Assembly (NCBI GenBank): GCA_014730175.1
Contig: WJIR01000223.1
Location: 1-48,846, forward strand
Reading direction: 5' to 3'
From: Candidatus Zixiibacteriota bacterium
GTDB taxonomy: Bacteria; Zixibacteria; MSB-5A5; UM-FILTER-46-8
DNA length: 48,846 nucleotides
Shown here piece after piece: positions 11,320-22,505 of this stretch. The position numbers and the translations under genes were made by a program. The first letter of the stretch is position 1. Each line of letters starts with the position of its first letter. A model generated the notes under the pieces. The model saw nothing but the letters and a program-made list of their open reading frames with translations. It ran no database searches and had not been told where the DNA came from.

Positions 11320-12300
11320 CTACCTGTACAATGTTCCCTTCTCTTTGCGTTCCTGGAGATGCTCTAACATATCCTTAGTCATGGCATCCAAATCCCATTG
11401 CGGCTTCCATCCCCATTCTTCCCGCGCGGCGCTGTCATCAATGGAATTAGGCCAGGAATCGGCAATCTCCTGACGGTAATCCGGTTCGTAAGAAACTTCG
11501 AAATCCGGGATATATTTCTTGATGGATGCAGCCAACTCGCCAGCGGTGAAACTCATAGCGGCGTGGTTGAAGTCACTATGGTGCTTTAACTTGGAAAAAT
11601 CAGCTTCGGCTAACTGGATCGTACCCTCGATTGCGTCAGGCATGTACATCATCGGTAGCTTGGTATCCTCTCTGACGAAGCATGTATATTTCCCTTTGTC
11701 GACAGCTTCATAATAAATCGCCACCGCATAGTCGGTGGTTCCGCCACCAGGCAATGTTTCGTAAGAGATAATTCCCGGATAACGCAACCCGCGGATATCG
11801 AGGCCGAAGCGTTTCACGTAATAATCGCACAGAAGTTCTCCGCACACTTTAGTTACTCCATACATTGTGGTCGGCTTAAGCACCGTTTCCTGAGGCGTGT
11901 TATCCAGCGGGATACCGGAACCGAAAACCGCTATGGAGCTGGGGATAATCACCCTCGTCATTTCGTATTTCAGTCCTAATTCGAGGATATTGATGGTGCC
12001 GTTCATGTTGACATCCCAGCAAAGCTGAGGATTCTTTTCCCCAACAGCCGAAAGTATGGCAGCCATGTGATAAACCGTGTCAATGTCGTATTTCTGAATC
12101 ATTTCTTCGACTGTTTCAATCTTGTTGACATCGATAAAATGAAATGGCCCCGAATTCCTGAGTTCTTCTGAGGGCTGTGTTTTCCTCCCTGTAGCGATAA
12201 CGTTTTCCGCGCCATATCTTTTGCGCAACTCCATTGTCAATTCCGAACCGATTTGCCCGACAGCGCCGGTTACCAGTATCTTCTTCATCTCTTTTGTCAT
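11320..12300 (-). CDS. L-threonine 3-dehydrogenase, SDR/NAD-dependent epimerase type
   Basis: TGAVGQIG, AAILSAVGEKNP, PSSIAVFG, MYGVTK, PGGGTTDYAV and RQEIADSWP are characteristic of SDR-type threonine dehydrogenases. Confidence 0.88.
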   Translation of the reverse strand: MTKEMKKILVTGAVGQIGSELTMELRKRYGAENVIATGRKTQPSEELRNSGPFHFIDVNKIETVEEMIQKYDIDTVYHMAAILSAVGEKNPQLCWDVNMNGTINILELGLKYEMTRVIIPSSIAVFGSGIPLDNTPQETVLKPTTMYGVTKVCGELLCDYYVKRFGLDIRGLRYPGIISYETLPGGGTTDYAVAIYYEAVDKGKYTCFVREDTKLPMMYMPDAIEGTIQLAEADFSKLKHHSDFNHAAMSFTAGELAASIKKYIPDFEVSYEPDYRQEIADSWPNSIDDSAAREEWGWKPQWDLDAMTKDMLEHLQERKEKGTLYR

Positions 12301-12405
12301 AGTTTCTCTCTTTTGGTTTTAAACACTCAATTTTCAAGTTACAAAATTCACAATTAATGTTTTCAGGCTAAAAATGCAAGAAAATTAGCTCAACTTCATA
12401 ACATA

Positions 12406-12538
12406 GATTATTCGCATCCTTTTGAATCCCACATTCCAAGCTGTCCACCGTCTATAGTAATTTAATCCCCGAAGGACAAGAACGCCAGGGGCACATAAAC
12501 CTTCGGCTATAAATTAATGTTTTCTATGATTATCCGGG
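12406..12538 (-). repeat. Family A repeat, internally deleted copy with a loop insert
   Basis: The reverse complement reads CCCGGATAATCATAGAAAAC..TAGCCGAAGGT[TTATGTGCCCCTGGCGTT]CTTGTCCTTCGG..., and its spacer resembles 16110-16160. The second REP is missing. Confidence 0.7.
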
Positions 12539-12726
12539 TTACCTTGCATTTTCCAAGAGCGAGCTGATTATAGTTGACAACTTTAAGCATATATTATATA
12601 TTAATCAGGTTCAGGTAGTGAACTAAGTCCGTTCCGAAACGAAGATGAGATTTATCTTCTTATGAGATTTATTCCTTTTTAATGTTTAATTACACTATAT
12701 AACCCTCACACTCAAGGAGTAGTAGT

Positions 12727-15700
12727 ATGAAACGTTTTTCAATGCCCGCAAGTTTGGTTTTGTTGGCAATCCTCTTGCTCAGTTTGAATTCGACCGGATT
12801 CACAATGCAAGCAGACACAAAAGGGGAAGCGCTTTACGAGCTGAAAGTAAATTACCCCGGAGTTTCTACCTATCAAACCGGAAAACGTATCTCCAGCTTA
12901 TGGGGAATCACTTTCGGTTACGGCGCTAATCCGCAGGCAACTGCTGAAAATTTCCGAATGAATTATTCCGAAATCTTTGGCGTGGCGCCATCAGAATTGA
13001 AACCCCATAGTCTTCTCCCCGACCAACGCCACACCCAACCTGTGATGTATAATCGGGATAATGACTCTTACAAATTCACCTTGGTATATTATAGCCAGTA
13101 TAAAGAAGATGTACCGGTATTCCGATCCGAACTCAGATTGTTGGTTCGTAACGACGCCAATTATCCTCTGGTGCTGGCACGTTCGGCATTGAAAGATTTA
13201 AAGGATTTCCGGATGCCCTCCGGAGTAACTTTAAACAAAGGATTAGCCGAAACCGCCGCGAAGTCTTTCAATCCTAATCTGGATTACTTTGAAGAACCTA
13301 GCCTGGTTGTTTGGGCTGGAACTAATGAGGAAGTTGCTGAACCGAGATTGGCAATGGAGATTATAGGTGACAACAGCATGCCTGCTACTGACGATTATGA
13401 AAAGTGGTTGCTTCTTGTTGATGCTTTAACCGGTGAGATACTGTATTCCGAAGACATGATTTTGAATGTCGATGTTGATGGTAACGTCAGCGGCAGAGCT
13501 ACCGATAATTTCGCGGCAGAGATCTGCGACGATGAGGTTTCCTTCGGCATGCCATATTCTCGTGTTTACATCGATGGCGGGAACACCGCTTATGCCGATG
13601 AATTCGGTGATTTCACCATACCGAATGGCGGTTCGTCCCCGGTTGACGTATATTCTCACATGCGCGGTGATTGGTTCCGGGTTTATAACGACGCCGGCGC
13701 CGAAGTTGAGCTGGATACCACCGTTACCCCTCCGGGTCCGGCGAATTTCCTGCATAATTCCTCCAACAGCAGCGAGTATGTACGGGCTCAGGTCAATGGA
13801 TATCTGCATGCCAACGTGGTGCGCGATTTTACCTTGACCTATAATCCATCATATCCCGGATTGCAGCAGTCCGAGTTCCCTGTGAATGTGAATATCAACA
13901 GCAGTTGTAATGCATATTACGATTATCAGTCCATCAACTTCTACCGCTCCGGCGGCGGATGCCCTAACACGGCGTTTGGAACCGTGGTTCATCACGAGTA
14001 TGGTCATCACCTGGTTGCCATGGCTGGAAGCGGACAGGGGCAATACGGCGAAGGTATGAGCGACTGCATGGGTGTGATGATCACCGATGATCCCGGACTC
14101 GCTTATGGTTTCTTCGGAAACTGTAATGAACCGTTGAGGAATGCTGACAACACCAAGCAATACCCCTGCAGCGGTGGAATACACGACTGTGGTCAGCTCC
14201 TTTCCGGATGCCTTTGGGATACGCGCAATGCATTGATGACTAACTATCCCAATACTTACATGGATATTCTTGCGAACCTCGCTGTTAACGCCATACTGAT
14301 GCACACCGGCGATCTTATCACTCCACAGATCACCATCGACTATCTTACTCTCGATGATGATAACGGTAACATCTATGATGGAACTCCTCATTATAATGAG
14401 ATATGCTCCGGATTCGGCGCTCATAGTATGGATTGCCCCGATCTGCAGTTAATCGCTTTCGATTATCCCAACGGACGGCCGGATCTGTTTGATCCCGACG
14501 GCGGAACCACAATTCGCGTGGAAGTTTCCGGCATCACCGGTTCACCGGAGCCCGGTACGGGAATGATGTACTACAACGATGGCACCGGATGGGAACAGCA
14601 GTCGATGGATGTTGTCTCTCCTAATGTATATGATGCTGTCTTCCCGCCGTTTGAGTGCGGATTGGTAATCGAATATTACTTTAGCGCAGAAACCACCGAC
14701 GGTTTCGTGGTCTATGATCCCTCGGGCGCTCCCGGAACCACTTACTCCGGTGTCGCCGCCCACGGTATGATCACGGTCTTCGAGGATGATTTCTCGACTG
14801 ACCAGGGCTGGACAGGTTTGGGAGGCCAGGGCGAATGGACGATCGGACAGTGCATGGGCGGTAATGGCGACGACTATTACGGCGGTCCCGATCCTTCCGA
14901 AGATCATTCACCGACATCCGATGACAGAGCGCTCGGTAACGACATGACTGCCGGCGATGGTGATTATGAGAATTATCTTGGCACCACCTATTGGGTAACT
15001 TCCCCCAATATCGATTGCTCCGGAGTATATGCCTTGCAACTAAGCTTCTGGCAATGGCTTGGAGTGGAACGGGACTGGTATGATGAAGCTTACTTTCAGG
15101 CATACAACGGTTCCTCCTGGATCACTCTTTGGGAAAATGGCGACGAGACTATCGACGAAGCTTCATGGAGCGAACAGAATTATGATCTCACCGGTATAGC
15201 CGATGACAATCCTAATTTCAAGATTAGATTTGGAATCGGGCCTACCGATGGATCCTGGCAATATTGCGGTTGGAATATCGATGATGTGCAGATAGTGGCT
15301 TACACCTGCGAACCGTCAGCCGATATCACTGTGGATATGATCCCCGATAATCCGCCGATTGAAGTCCAACCGGGCGGATATTTCACTTACACCGGCGTCC
15401 TAAACAACAACACCGGTGATCCGCAGAGTTCGGACGTGTGGGTTATGCTTGATGTACCGGGATACGGTAGTTACGGACCGGTTCAGCAGTTTAATAATGT
15501 ACCTCTTGGTCCGAACCAGACCTTAACTTATGAAGGCGCGCGGCAGAATATACCGGGATTCGCACCTCTGGGCGAATATGATTACATCGCCTACTGTGGC
15601 GACTACCCTGACTCGCCCGTTGATTCGGCATCCTTCACATTCACCGTCGTTCAGGGCATCGGCGGAGATGCTGACGGGTGGACATTGAACGGATGGTTCA

Positions 15701-15987
15701 ATGACGATGTGGAAACTCTGCCCTCAAGGACGGAACTAATGGGTAACTTCCCGAATCCGTTTAATCCGACCACAACCTTCAGCTATGCCCTGGCCGATGA
15801 CGCTAATGTGACTTTGGAGGTCTACAACCTTATGGGGCGCAAGGTCGCAACGGTATTCGAAGGTCATCAGGAAGCCGGTTACAGGACGGTTCAGTGGAAC
15901 GCTGGAAATTATTCCTCAGGCGTTTACTTCTACAAACTGACCGTTGACGGACAGGTCTTCACCAAGCGTATGACCTTGCTGAAGTAA
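12727..15987 (+). CDS. Secreted zinc metallopeptidase (M4/M36-like) with a propeptide, beta-sandwich domains, the shared penultimate domain and a C-terminal sorting domain
   Basis: Signal peptide; PepSY-like LLVDALTGEIL; CNAYY; HHEYGHH with downstream GEGMSD; tail NFPNPFNPTT...KRMTLLK. Confidence 0.85.
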   Translation: MKRFSMPASLVLLAILLLSLNSTGFTMQADTKGEALYELKVNYPGVSTYQTGKRISSLWGITFGYGANPQATAENFRMNYSEIFGVAPSELKPHSLLPDQRHTQPVMYNRDNDSYKFTLVYYSQYKEDVPVFRSELRLLVRNDANYPLVLARSALKDLKDFRMPSGVTLNKGLAETAAKSFNPNLDYFEEPSLVVWAGTNEEVAEPRLAMEIIGDNSMPATDDYEKWLLLVDALTGEILYSEDMILNVDVDGNVSGRATDNFAAEICDDEVSFGMPYSRVYIDGGNTAYADEFGDFTIPNGGSSPVDVYSHMRGDWFRVYNDAGAEVELDTTVTPPGPANFLHNSSNSSEYVRAQVNGYLHANVVRDFTLTYNPSYPGLQQSEFPVNVNINSSCNAYYDYQSINFYRSGGGCPNTAFGTVVHHEYGHHLVAMAGSGQGQYGEGMSDCMGVMITDDPGLAYGFFGNCNEPLRNADNTKQYPCSGGIHDCGQLLSGCLWDTRNALMTNYPNTYMDILANLAVNAILMHTGDLITPQITIDYLTLDDDNGNIYDGTPHYNEICSGFGAHSMDCPDLQLIAFDYPNGRPDLFDPDGGTTIRVEVSGITGSPEPGTGMMYYNDGTGWEQQSMDVVSPNVYDAVFPPFECGLVIEYYFSAETTDGFVVYDPSGAPGTTYSGVAAHGMITVFEDDFSTDQGWTGLGGQGEWTIGQCMGGNGDDYYGGPDPSEDHSPTSDDRALGNDMTAGDGDYENYLGTTYWVTSPNIDCSGVYALQLSFWQWLGVERDWYDEAYFQAYNGSSWITLWENGDETIDEASWSEQNYDLTGIADDNPNFKIRFGIGPTDGSWQYCGWNIDDVQIVAYTCEPSADITVDMIPDNPPIEVQPGGYFTYTGVLNNNTGDPQSSDVWVMLDVPGYGSYGPVQQFNNVPLGPNQTLTYEGARQNIPGFAPLGEYDYIAYCGDYPDSPVDSASFTFTVVQGIGGDADGWTLNGWFNDDVETLPSRTELMGNFPNPFNPTTTFSYALADDANVTLEVYNLMGRKVATVFEGHQEAGYRTVQWNAGNYSSGVYFYKLTVDGQVFTKRMTLLK

Positions 15988-16016
15988 GTAGCCATTCAAC
16001 AGGAGTATCAAACTTC

Positions 16017-16049
16017 GGAGGGGCGAGTTTTGCACTCGCCCCTTTTCTT
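16017..16049 (+). terminator. Rho-independent terminator
   Basis: AGGGGCGAGT-tttgc-ACTCGCCCCT followed by TTTCTT. Confidence 0.85.
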
Positions 16050-16060
16050 GTATGGACCAA

Positions 16061-16216
16061 TCCCGATAATTCATAAAAACCACGAATCCGTAGCCGAAGG
16101 CTTGTCTTTCGTGGATTTAAAACTAACAGACCATTGACAGATTGGAATTGCGGATTCAGAGAAACGCCGGAAGCGCAAGGCTTCCACTACCGATAGTAAA
16201 ATTTATGATTAATACA
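16061..16216 (+). repeat. Family A repeat, copy 2
   Basis: GATAATTCATAAAA..GTAGCCGAAGGCTTGTCTTTCG..CCGGAAGCGCAAGGCTTCCACTACCGAT..ATTTATGATTAAT. Confidence 0.8.
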
Positions 16217-16267
16217 GGTTAGAACCATAAATATGGGGAGTTGGGTTTCAAAATCGACCGATTAACC

Positions 16268-16300
16268 AAAAAGGCTGTCCGAGTTTGGACAGCCTTTTTT
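16268..16300. terminator. Bidirectional terminator downstream of groEL
   Basis: AAAAAGGCTGTCC-gagttt-GGACAGCCTTTTTT. Confidence 0.88.
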
Positions 16301-16330
16301 CCAATAAGTATGTATTTATTTCCGGAGGAA

Positions 16331-17974
<1,644 letters not shown>

Positions 17975-17991
17975 TTATCTCCTCCCCAATA

Positions 17992-18279
17992 TTATTCAAT
18001 GATTGCTAAAATGTCAGATTCGCGCATTATCAGGTACTCGGTGTCATCAACCGTAACTTCGCTACCGGAATACTTACCATACAGCACCTTGTTGCCGGAT
18101 TTCACCTGCATCTCCACCAGTTTCCCGTCGTCGGAAACCCGACCCGGTCCAACCGCCACGATTTCGCCTTCCTGAGGCCTTTCTTTGGCGGTGTCGGGAA
18201 TGATTATTGATCCCTTTTTAGTTTCTTTTTCCTCTAAAGGTCTGATTAATACCCTATCAGCAAGAGGTTTTACGTTCAT
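17992..18279 (-). CDS. groES: Co-chaperonin GroES
   Basis: [21 protein letters not shown] and [11 protein letters not shown]; RBS AAGGAGG. Confidence 0.99.
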   Translation of the reverse strand: MNVKPLADRVLIRPLEEKETKKGSIIIPDTAKERPQEGEIVAVGPGRVSDDGKLVEMQVKSGNKVLYGKYSGSEVTVDDTEYLIMRESDILAIIE

Positions 18280-18346
18280 ACCTTCCTCCTTATTTGGTTA
18301 CTCATTTCTTGTATGTTGTTTATATTTAATAGCTTACGAAGCTCGC

Positions 18347-18373
18347 TTAGCACTCGTTAAGATAGAGTGCTAA
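18347..18373. promoter_or_regulatory. CIRCE operator (HrcA-binding site) upstream of groES
   Basis: Perfect TTAGCACTC-N9-GAGTGCTAA. A minus-strand TTGACA-17bp-TAATTT promoter lies at 18415-18387. Confidence 0.96.
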
Positions 18374-18474
18374 CATTTGAACGCAGAAATTAATTGGGAG
18401 TTCCAGATTTGTCAAGAAATTTTTTGATTTTTAGCATTTTAATGTGTTTAATAGACTTAAAACGGAGGAAGCTT

Positions 18475-18987
18475 ATGAAATTCGGAAAGATAGCATTGTA
18501 CTTTGGTTTATTGATAACAGCTTGTATGCTTACCAGTTCATGCTGTATATTAGGTGGTGTATGTAAAACACCGAAACCCGACGGAAACAGTACTGATACA
18601 GGCTCGGAGATTCTACGGGCTTTGGACGTGCGAATATTAAGCCGTTCAATGGGTTATGCGCTGGGATCCCCGTTTGATATGAAGATGCGGATTACGAACA
18701 AATCGGATGAAGAAATCGAATTGGAATTTCCGGAAGGCTATGTTTTTGATTTCTACATTTATCAAAAAAATGAGTTGGTGTATCGATATTCCGAGGACGA
18801 ACGGTATCCCACTGGCTTGAAGGAAATTGCGCTTGCGCCGGGTGAGTCCAGGGATTTTGGGGGGATTTGGCTCTGTAAAGATAACGATGGCGTCTGGGTA
18901 AGGGGAGGGCGTTATGAGATGATAGGAATCATTAACACCGATCCACCGGTTTTGTCCAATATACTGCAATTTGGATTGGCGGATTAG
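18475..18987 (+). CDS. Lipoprotein with a BsuPI (intracellular proteinase inhibitor)-like Ig domain
   Basis: GGAGG RBS before ATG 18475; lipobox-like LTSSC; ITNKSDEEIELEF..G..FDF.I....VYRYS....LAPGES...W...G.Y resembles the BsuPI pattern. Confidence 0.75.
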   Translation: MKFGKIALYFGLLITACMLTSSCCILGGVCKTPKPDGNSTDTGSEILRALDVRILSRSMGYALGSPFDMKMRITNKSDEEIELEFPEGYVFDFYIYQKNELVYRYSEDERYPTGLKEIALAPGESRDFGGIWLCKDNDGVWVRGGRYEMIGIINTDPPVLSNILQFGLAD

Positions 18988-19029
18988 AATATACCAGGTT
19001 GAATGTGGGGCTTGATGTAAGGTCCTGGA

Positions 19030-19520
19030 AGGATGCGCTTTGTCGTGTCCCTTGGTCACGCCGGAGCGTGCCCCCTCCAGGCTCATGTCTACGGCTGGGG
19101 GTGGCATGTTTAGTCCCGCCGAAGGCGGGGATAAGCATGCTGATGGATACAAAACATGCTTATCTCTCCGCCTGCGGCTTCGAGCTAAGCATGCCACCCT
19201 TGTGGGAGCTTCAAACACACCCCGTCTTAGCCCCGCGTACCGCGGGACGAATCCACCCTCTCGAGAGGGGAATAAATGTCGGACAGGAATAAGCCTGAGG
19301 CTTACAAGTGTCCGACCTCCCGATGTCTTTCGGAGGGTGAGTGTTTGGCTCCGTCGGCGCCGGAGCGCCGACCGGCGGAGCAATCCGCCGGGTGGGGGCA
19401 CACTACAGCTCGGAATCGAGGGCACCGACGGCACTTTTAAGCGGCATTGGAGGACGAATGCCTTGCACGGACACAGGGGCAACATGGGCCAGGATTTTGA
19501 CTAGACCATGTCGCCCTCGT
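19030..19520. repeat. GC-rich cluster of palindromic REP-like units, including family B copy 1 (19137-19319)
   Basis: GGGTGGCATG...CATGCCACCC inverted pair, CCCGCCGAAGGCGGG, CCCCGCGTACCGCGGG and TGTCGGACA...TGTCCGAC. 19137-19319 aligns with 44296-44505. Confidence 0.75.
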
Positions 19521-19561
19521 TAATCCAACTCATCTAATGTTTAGAGATGAACAACCAATTA

Positions 19562-21205
19562 CTACTTCAGCAAATGCATTTTCTTTGCTATAATCTGATC
19601 GCCAGCCTGGAGCCGGTAGAAATATACGCCGCTCGAATGATGAGAAGCATCCCAGGAAACGGTATGCTGTCCGGCTGCGAGGTTGCTATTAACCAGTGTC
19701 GCGACCCTCTGTCCTAACAGATTATGAATCTCAAGCTTGACATTTTTAGTATCGGAAAGGTTGAATGTGATATTCGTTTGGGCATTGAACGGATTGGGGT
19801 AATTGCCCAGAAGTTCAAATCCCGCAGGATTGCCCTCAACCGAATTCCATCCGCCTTCCACATTCCATACGTTACCGGAACTTTCTGACCGGTCGCGTCC
19901 GGCAACAACTGTGAACTGGAAAGAATCGGCAGCATATATATTATCGGGGTAGTCACCGGCATTCGAGATATAATCGTAGGCTCCTGTTGGCGCAAAATTA
20001 GGCACGATTTGATTAAAGTGCGCATTTATAATCTGACCTGAGTTAAGATAGATATCCTGAAAAGTCCGCAATGGTCCATATTCGCCGTAGCCAGGAACGA
20101 TCAACATGAGCCAAACATCGGTCGTTATCGGATCGGCTCCGCCATTAGTAAGAAATCCCGTTAATCCGAATTGACCTCCCGGCGGTACTTCGATCGGATA
20201 ATCATCCGGAATCATCGAGATCTCAATATCGGGTGAAGATTCCTCGAACCAGCTCGATAAAACCTCATTAGTCCAGCATTGTATACGCCCCCACTGCTGA
20301 GGCGTTAAATCAGTCCAGCATGGGCTTCCGCCCAGAGTACCGTAACTCATGTAGTTTTCAGGCGAAGTGTCACCCCAGGGAACACCGCTGCAGGGATCTG
20401 TACCGCCCGGATCGTAGCAGTAATAATTGATAGGTGTTGGCGGCGTATCCGAACAGAGATCGCCTGTAATGTCAGCATCCTGACCATCCGCCTGCTCCCA
20501 GCACTCCCCGCATTGCGGTACTTCGCTGACTCCGTGGTGCGTGTGCCACAATCCGATATTGTGTCCAATTTCATGAACCAAAACATTGTCATGGAATGGT
20601 GTAGGGTAAACATGTCCCTCGCTTAAGACAACACCACCCTGATCGGAAAGAGGAAGACGGTAATCATCCCAGGGGAATGTACCGAAAGATCCACCGGATG
20701 TGCCGGTAATATATATATTCATTTGAGATTCCGGATTAAGAGCATAAGCTCTCTTCATCTCTTCCGCATCGGTATAGTAACGGAACTGGGTAGAATTTAC
20801 GAATCTATAATCATAGACAAATTGAATTCTAACCTGCAAGTATTCCTCATTGAGATGATTTACCATATCTTCCAGCGTAGCTTCATCAGTAGCGCAATTA
20901 CTTCCATCGTTCTCGCAGAAGATATGAAAATACAGGCGGATATAAGTAATCGGGTCCTCGGGATCAGGTATTGCCGCATCGCGAACATCGGGTTCATCGC
21001 AGGAACCATTATAGCAATCGTGATACAACATCCCGTATTTCTCTATCTGTCCTTTCTTATAGATTTCCCAAGTTTCGCAGAACCCGTCCACATCAGCAAA
21101 TGCGGTTGATGAAGCGAGGGATATTGCGAAAAGCAGGAATGCCGCAAATGTCAGCATCACTGCATTACTGGAGATTAGAGTTTTCTCTCTTGGATTGAGC
21201 TTCAT
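19562..21205 (-). CDS. Secreted M43 (pappalysin/ulilysin-like) zinc metalloprotease with the shared penultimate domain and C-terminal sorting domain
   Basis: HEIGHNIGLWHT zinc motif, GDLCSDTPP and the NYMSY Met-turn; tail NYPNPFNAQT...KKMHLLK. Confidence 0.88.
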   Translation of the reverse strand: MKLNPREKTLISSNAVMLTFAAFLLFAISLASSTAFADVDGFCETWEIYKKGQIEKYGMLYHDCYNGSCDEPDVRDAAIPDPEDPITYIRLYFHIFCENDGSNCATDEATLEDMVNHLNEEYLQVRIQFVYDYRFVNSTQFRYYTDAEEMKRAYALNPESQMNIYITGTSGGSFGTFPWDDYRLPLSDQGGVVLSEGHVYPTPFHDNVLVHEIGHNIGLWHTHHGVSEVPQCGECWEQADGQDADITGDLCSDTPPTPINYYCYDPGGTDPCSGVPWGDTSPENYMSYGTLGGSPCWTDLTPQQWGRIQCWTNEVLSSWFEESSPDIEISMIPDDYPIEVPPGGQFGLTGFLTNGGADPITTDVWLMLIVPGYGEYGPLRTFQDIYLNSGQIINAHFNQIVPNFAPTGAYDYISNAGDYPDNIYAADSFQFTVVAGRDRSESSGNVWNVEGGWNSVEGNPAGFELLGNYPNPFNAQTNITFNLSDTKNVKLEIHNLLGQRVATLVNSNLAAGQHTVSWDASHHSSGVYFYRLQAGDQIIAKKMHLLK

Positions 21206-22073
21206 GTTTTTTTTCCTCCCGGAATTGAGTTTTAATTTAGGCTGTTATGCAATTTTTCTGTTAGTCGATTTTAAGATACCTTTGCTTGGTTCAGTTGGAA
21301 GCATAATCTATATTTATGAACTACCCATAATAATGGACGAACTCGGGTAGCGAGTAGCGATTTAGGATAGTTTATTAAGCGTATGTTTTAATGTTAACTA
21401 AAACCGTAAGGCATAACCTGCGGTTCCCATCTTTTAGCGTAGAAATTGAATGTTCAGGGACGATCTCCGAGGGCGTTTTGAACTCAAATTCCGGTTCATT
21501 GCAACGCCAGAATACAATATAATTAGAAACAATGAAATTCCAAGTAATTTAATGAACAACCCTACTGAGCAAGATATCGTAAAAAGGAAGGATTTCTCAA
21601 TCAATATTTATCGATATGAATGATAAAAATACTGTTGTGCCTTTAGCATGAGATGGGTTTGTCCTGAGGGCATAACACGGAAATTTAATTCCTCATATTC
21701 AATAATCACTTATAGACAGAGGATCAGCTAAGCGAGCTTTCCGAAGCTGAAAAGCGGTTTGCAAACCTTAGATGGTTAATCAGCAGGCATTTGTCGATTA
21801 GTCGGAAGGCATAACTCGCCAATAAGTAACAGCTTACAAAAATATTATAGTTGTTTTAATTACGTAGAATCATATACGCATTCAATAGGTTTTTTACTCG
21901 TATTGACAAAATTTAAAACCATCGTATATAAGCTTATCCGGTTTAAAGTACACACCGATGGAATAATGATGCTAAGCTGTTAGATATCAGGTGTAATTGT
22001 CACCATTTGATAGAATCTTGAAACTCATCTGAACCGGAAGAAAAACTTAATGTAATAATTTTAAAAATGGAGG

Positions 22074-22382
22074 ATGGAAATGAACTTTAACACTCAAAAA
22101 ATCTTAGGTTTCACTTTGAAGGTTGGGGTGATAACGTTAACTGTCGCTATAATTGCCTGGTTTGGACTCTCCATTGGCAACCAGGACAGATCCCATACCG
22201 ACCTGAAACAGTATCCGATAGTGATACTAACTTTGGAAGATGATCCTGATTGCCCGTACGATTATGAACCGCGCCGTTATTTCAGCGGCGATGAATACCT
22301 GAGAGTGGAAGTGGGAGATACGGTTTACAGCCCGCAAGGATATGCTCATGTAGTGCTGGAGAAGACCGTGCTTTATGAGTAG
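22074..22382 (+). CDS. Small membrane-anchored hypothetical protein
   Basis: GGAGG RBS, one N-terminal TM helix, 102 aa, followed by a terminator. Confidence 0.65.
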   Translation: MEMNFNTQKILGFTLKVGVITLTVAIIAWFGLSIGNQDRSHTDLKQYPIVILTLEDDPDCPYDYEPRRYFSGDEYLRVEVGDTVYSPQGYAHVVLEKTVLYE

Positions 22383-22446
22383 CACGATACTTGCTTGTGA
22401 TGACGGTTTTGGGAAAAATCAACATTTCTCTACGGAACGCTATCAC

Positions 22447-22482
22447 AAAAGACTGCCGGAGTTGTATCTCCGGCAGTTTTTC
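22447..22482. terminator. Bidirectional terminator between convergent genes
   Basis: AAAAGACTGCCGGAG-ttgtat-CTCCGGCAGTTTTTC. Confidence 0.85.
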
Positions 22483-22505
22483 TTAAGCCCCAAAAAATGC
22501 AATTA

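Noticed and set aside
18646-19523. Overlapping ORFs of 279, 154, 97, 68 and 60 aa on both strands
   Set aside because: They run through GC-rich palindromic repeats that lack stops, have R/P/G-biased composition and show no family motifs.
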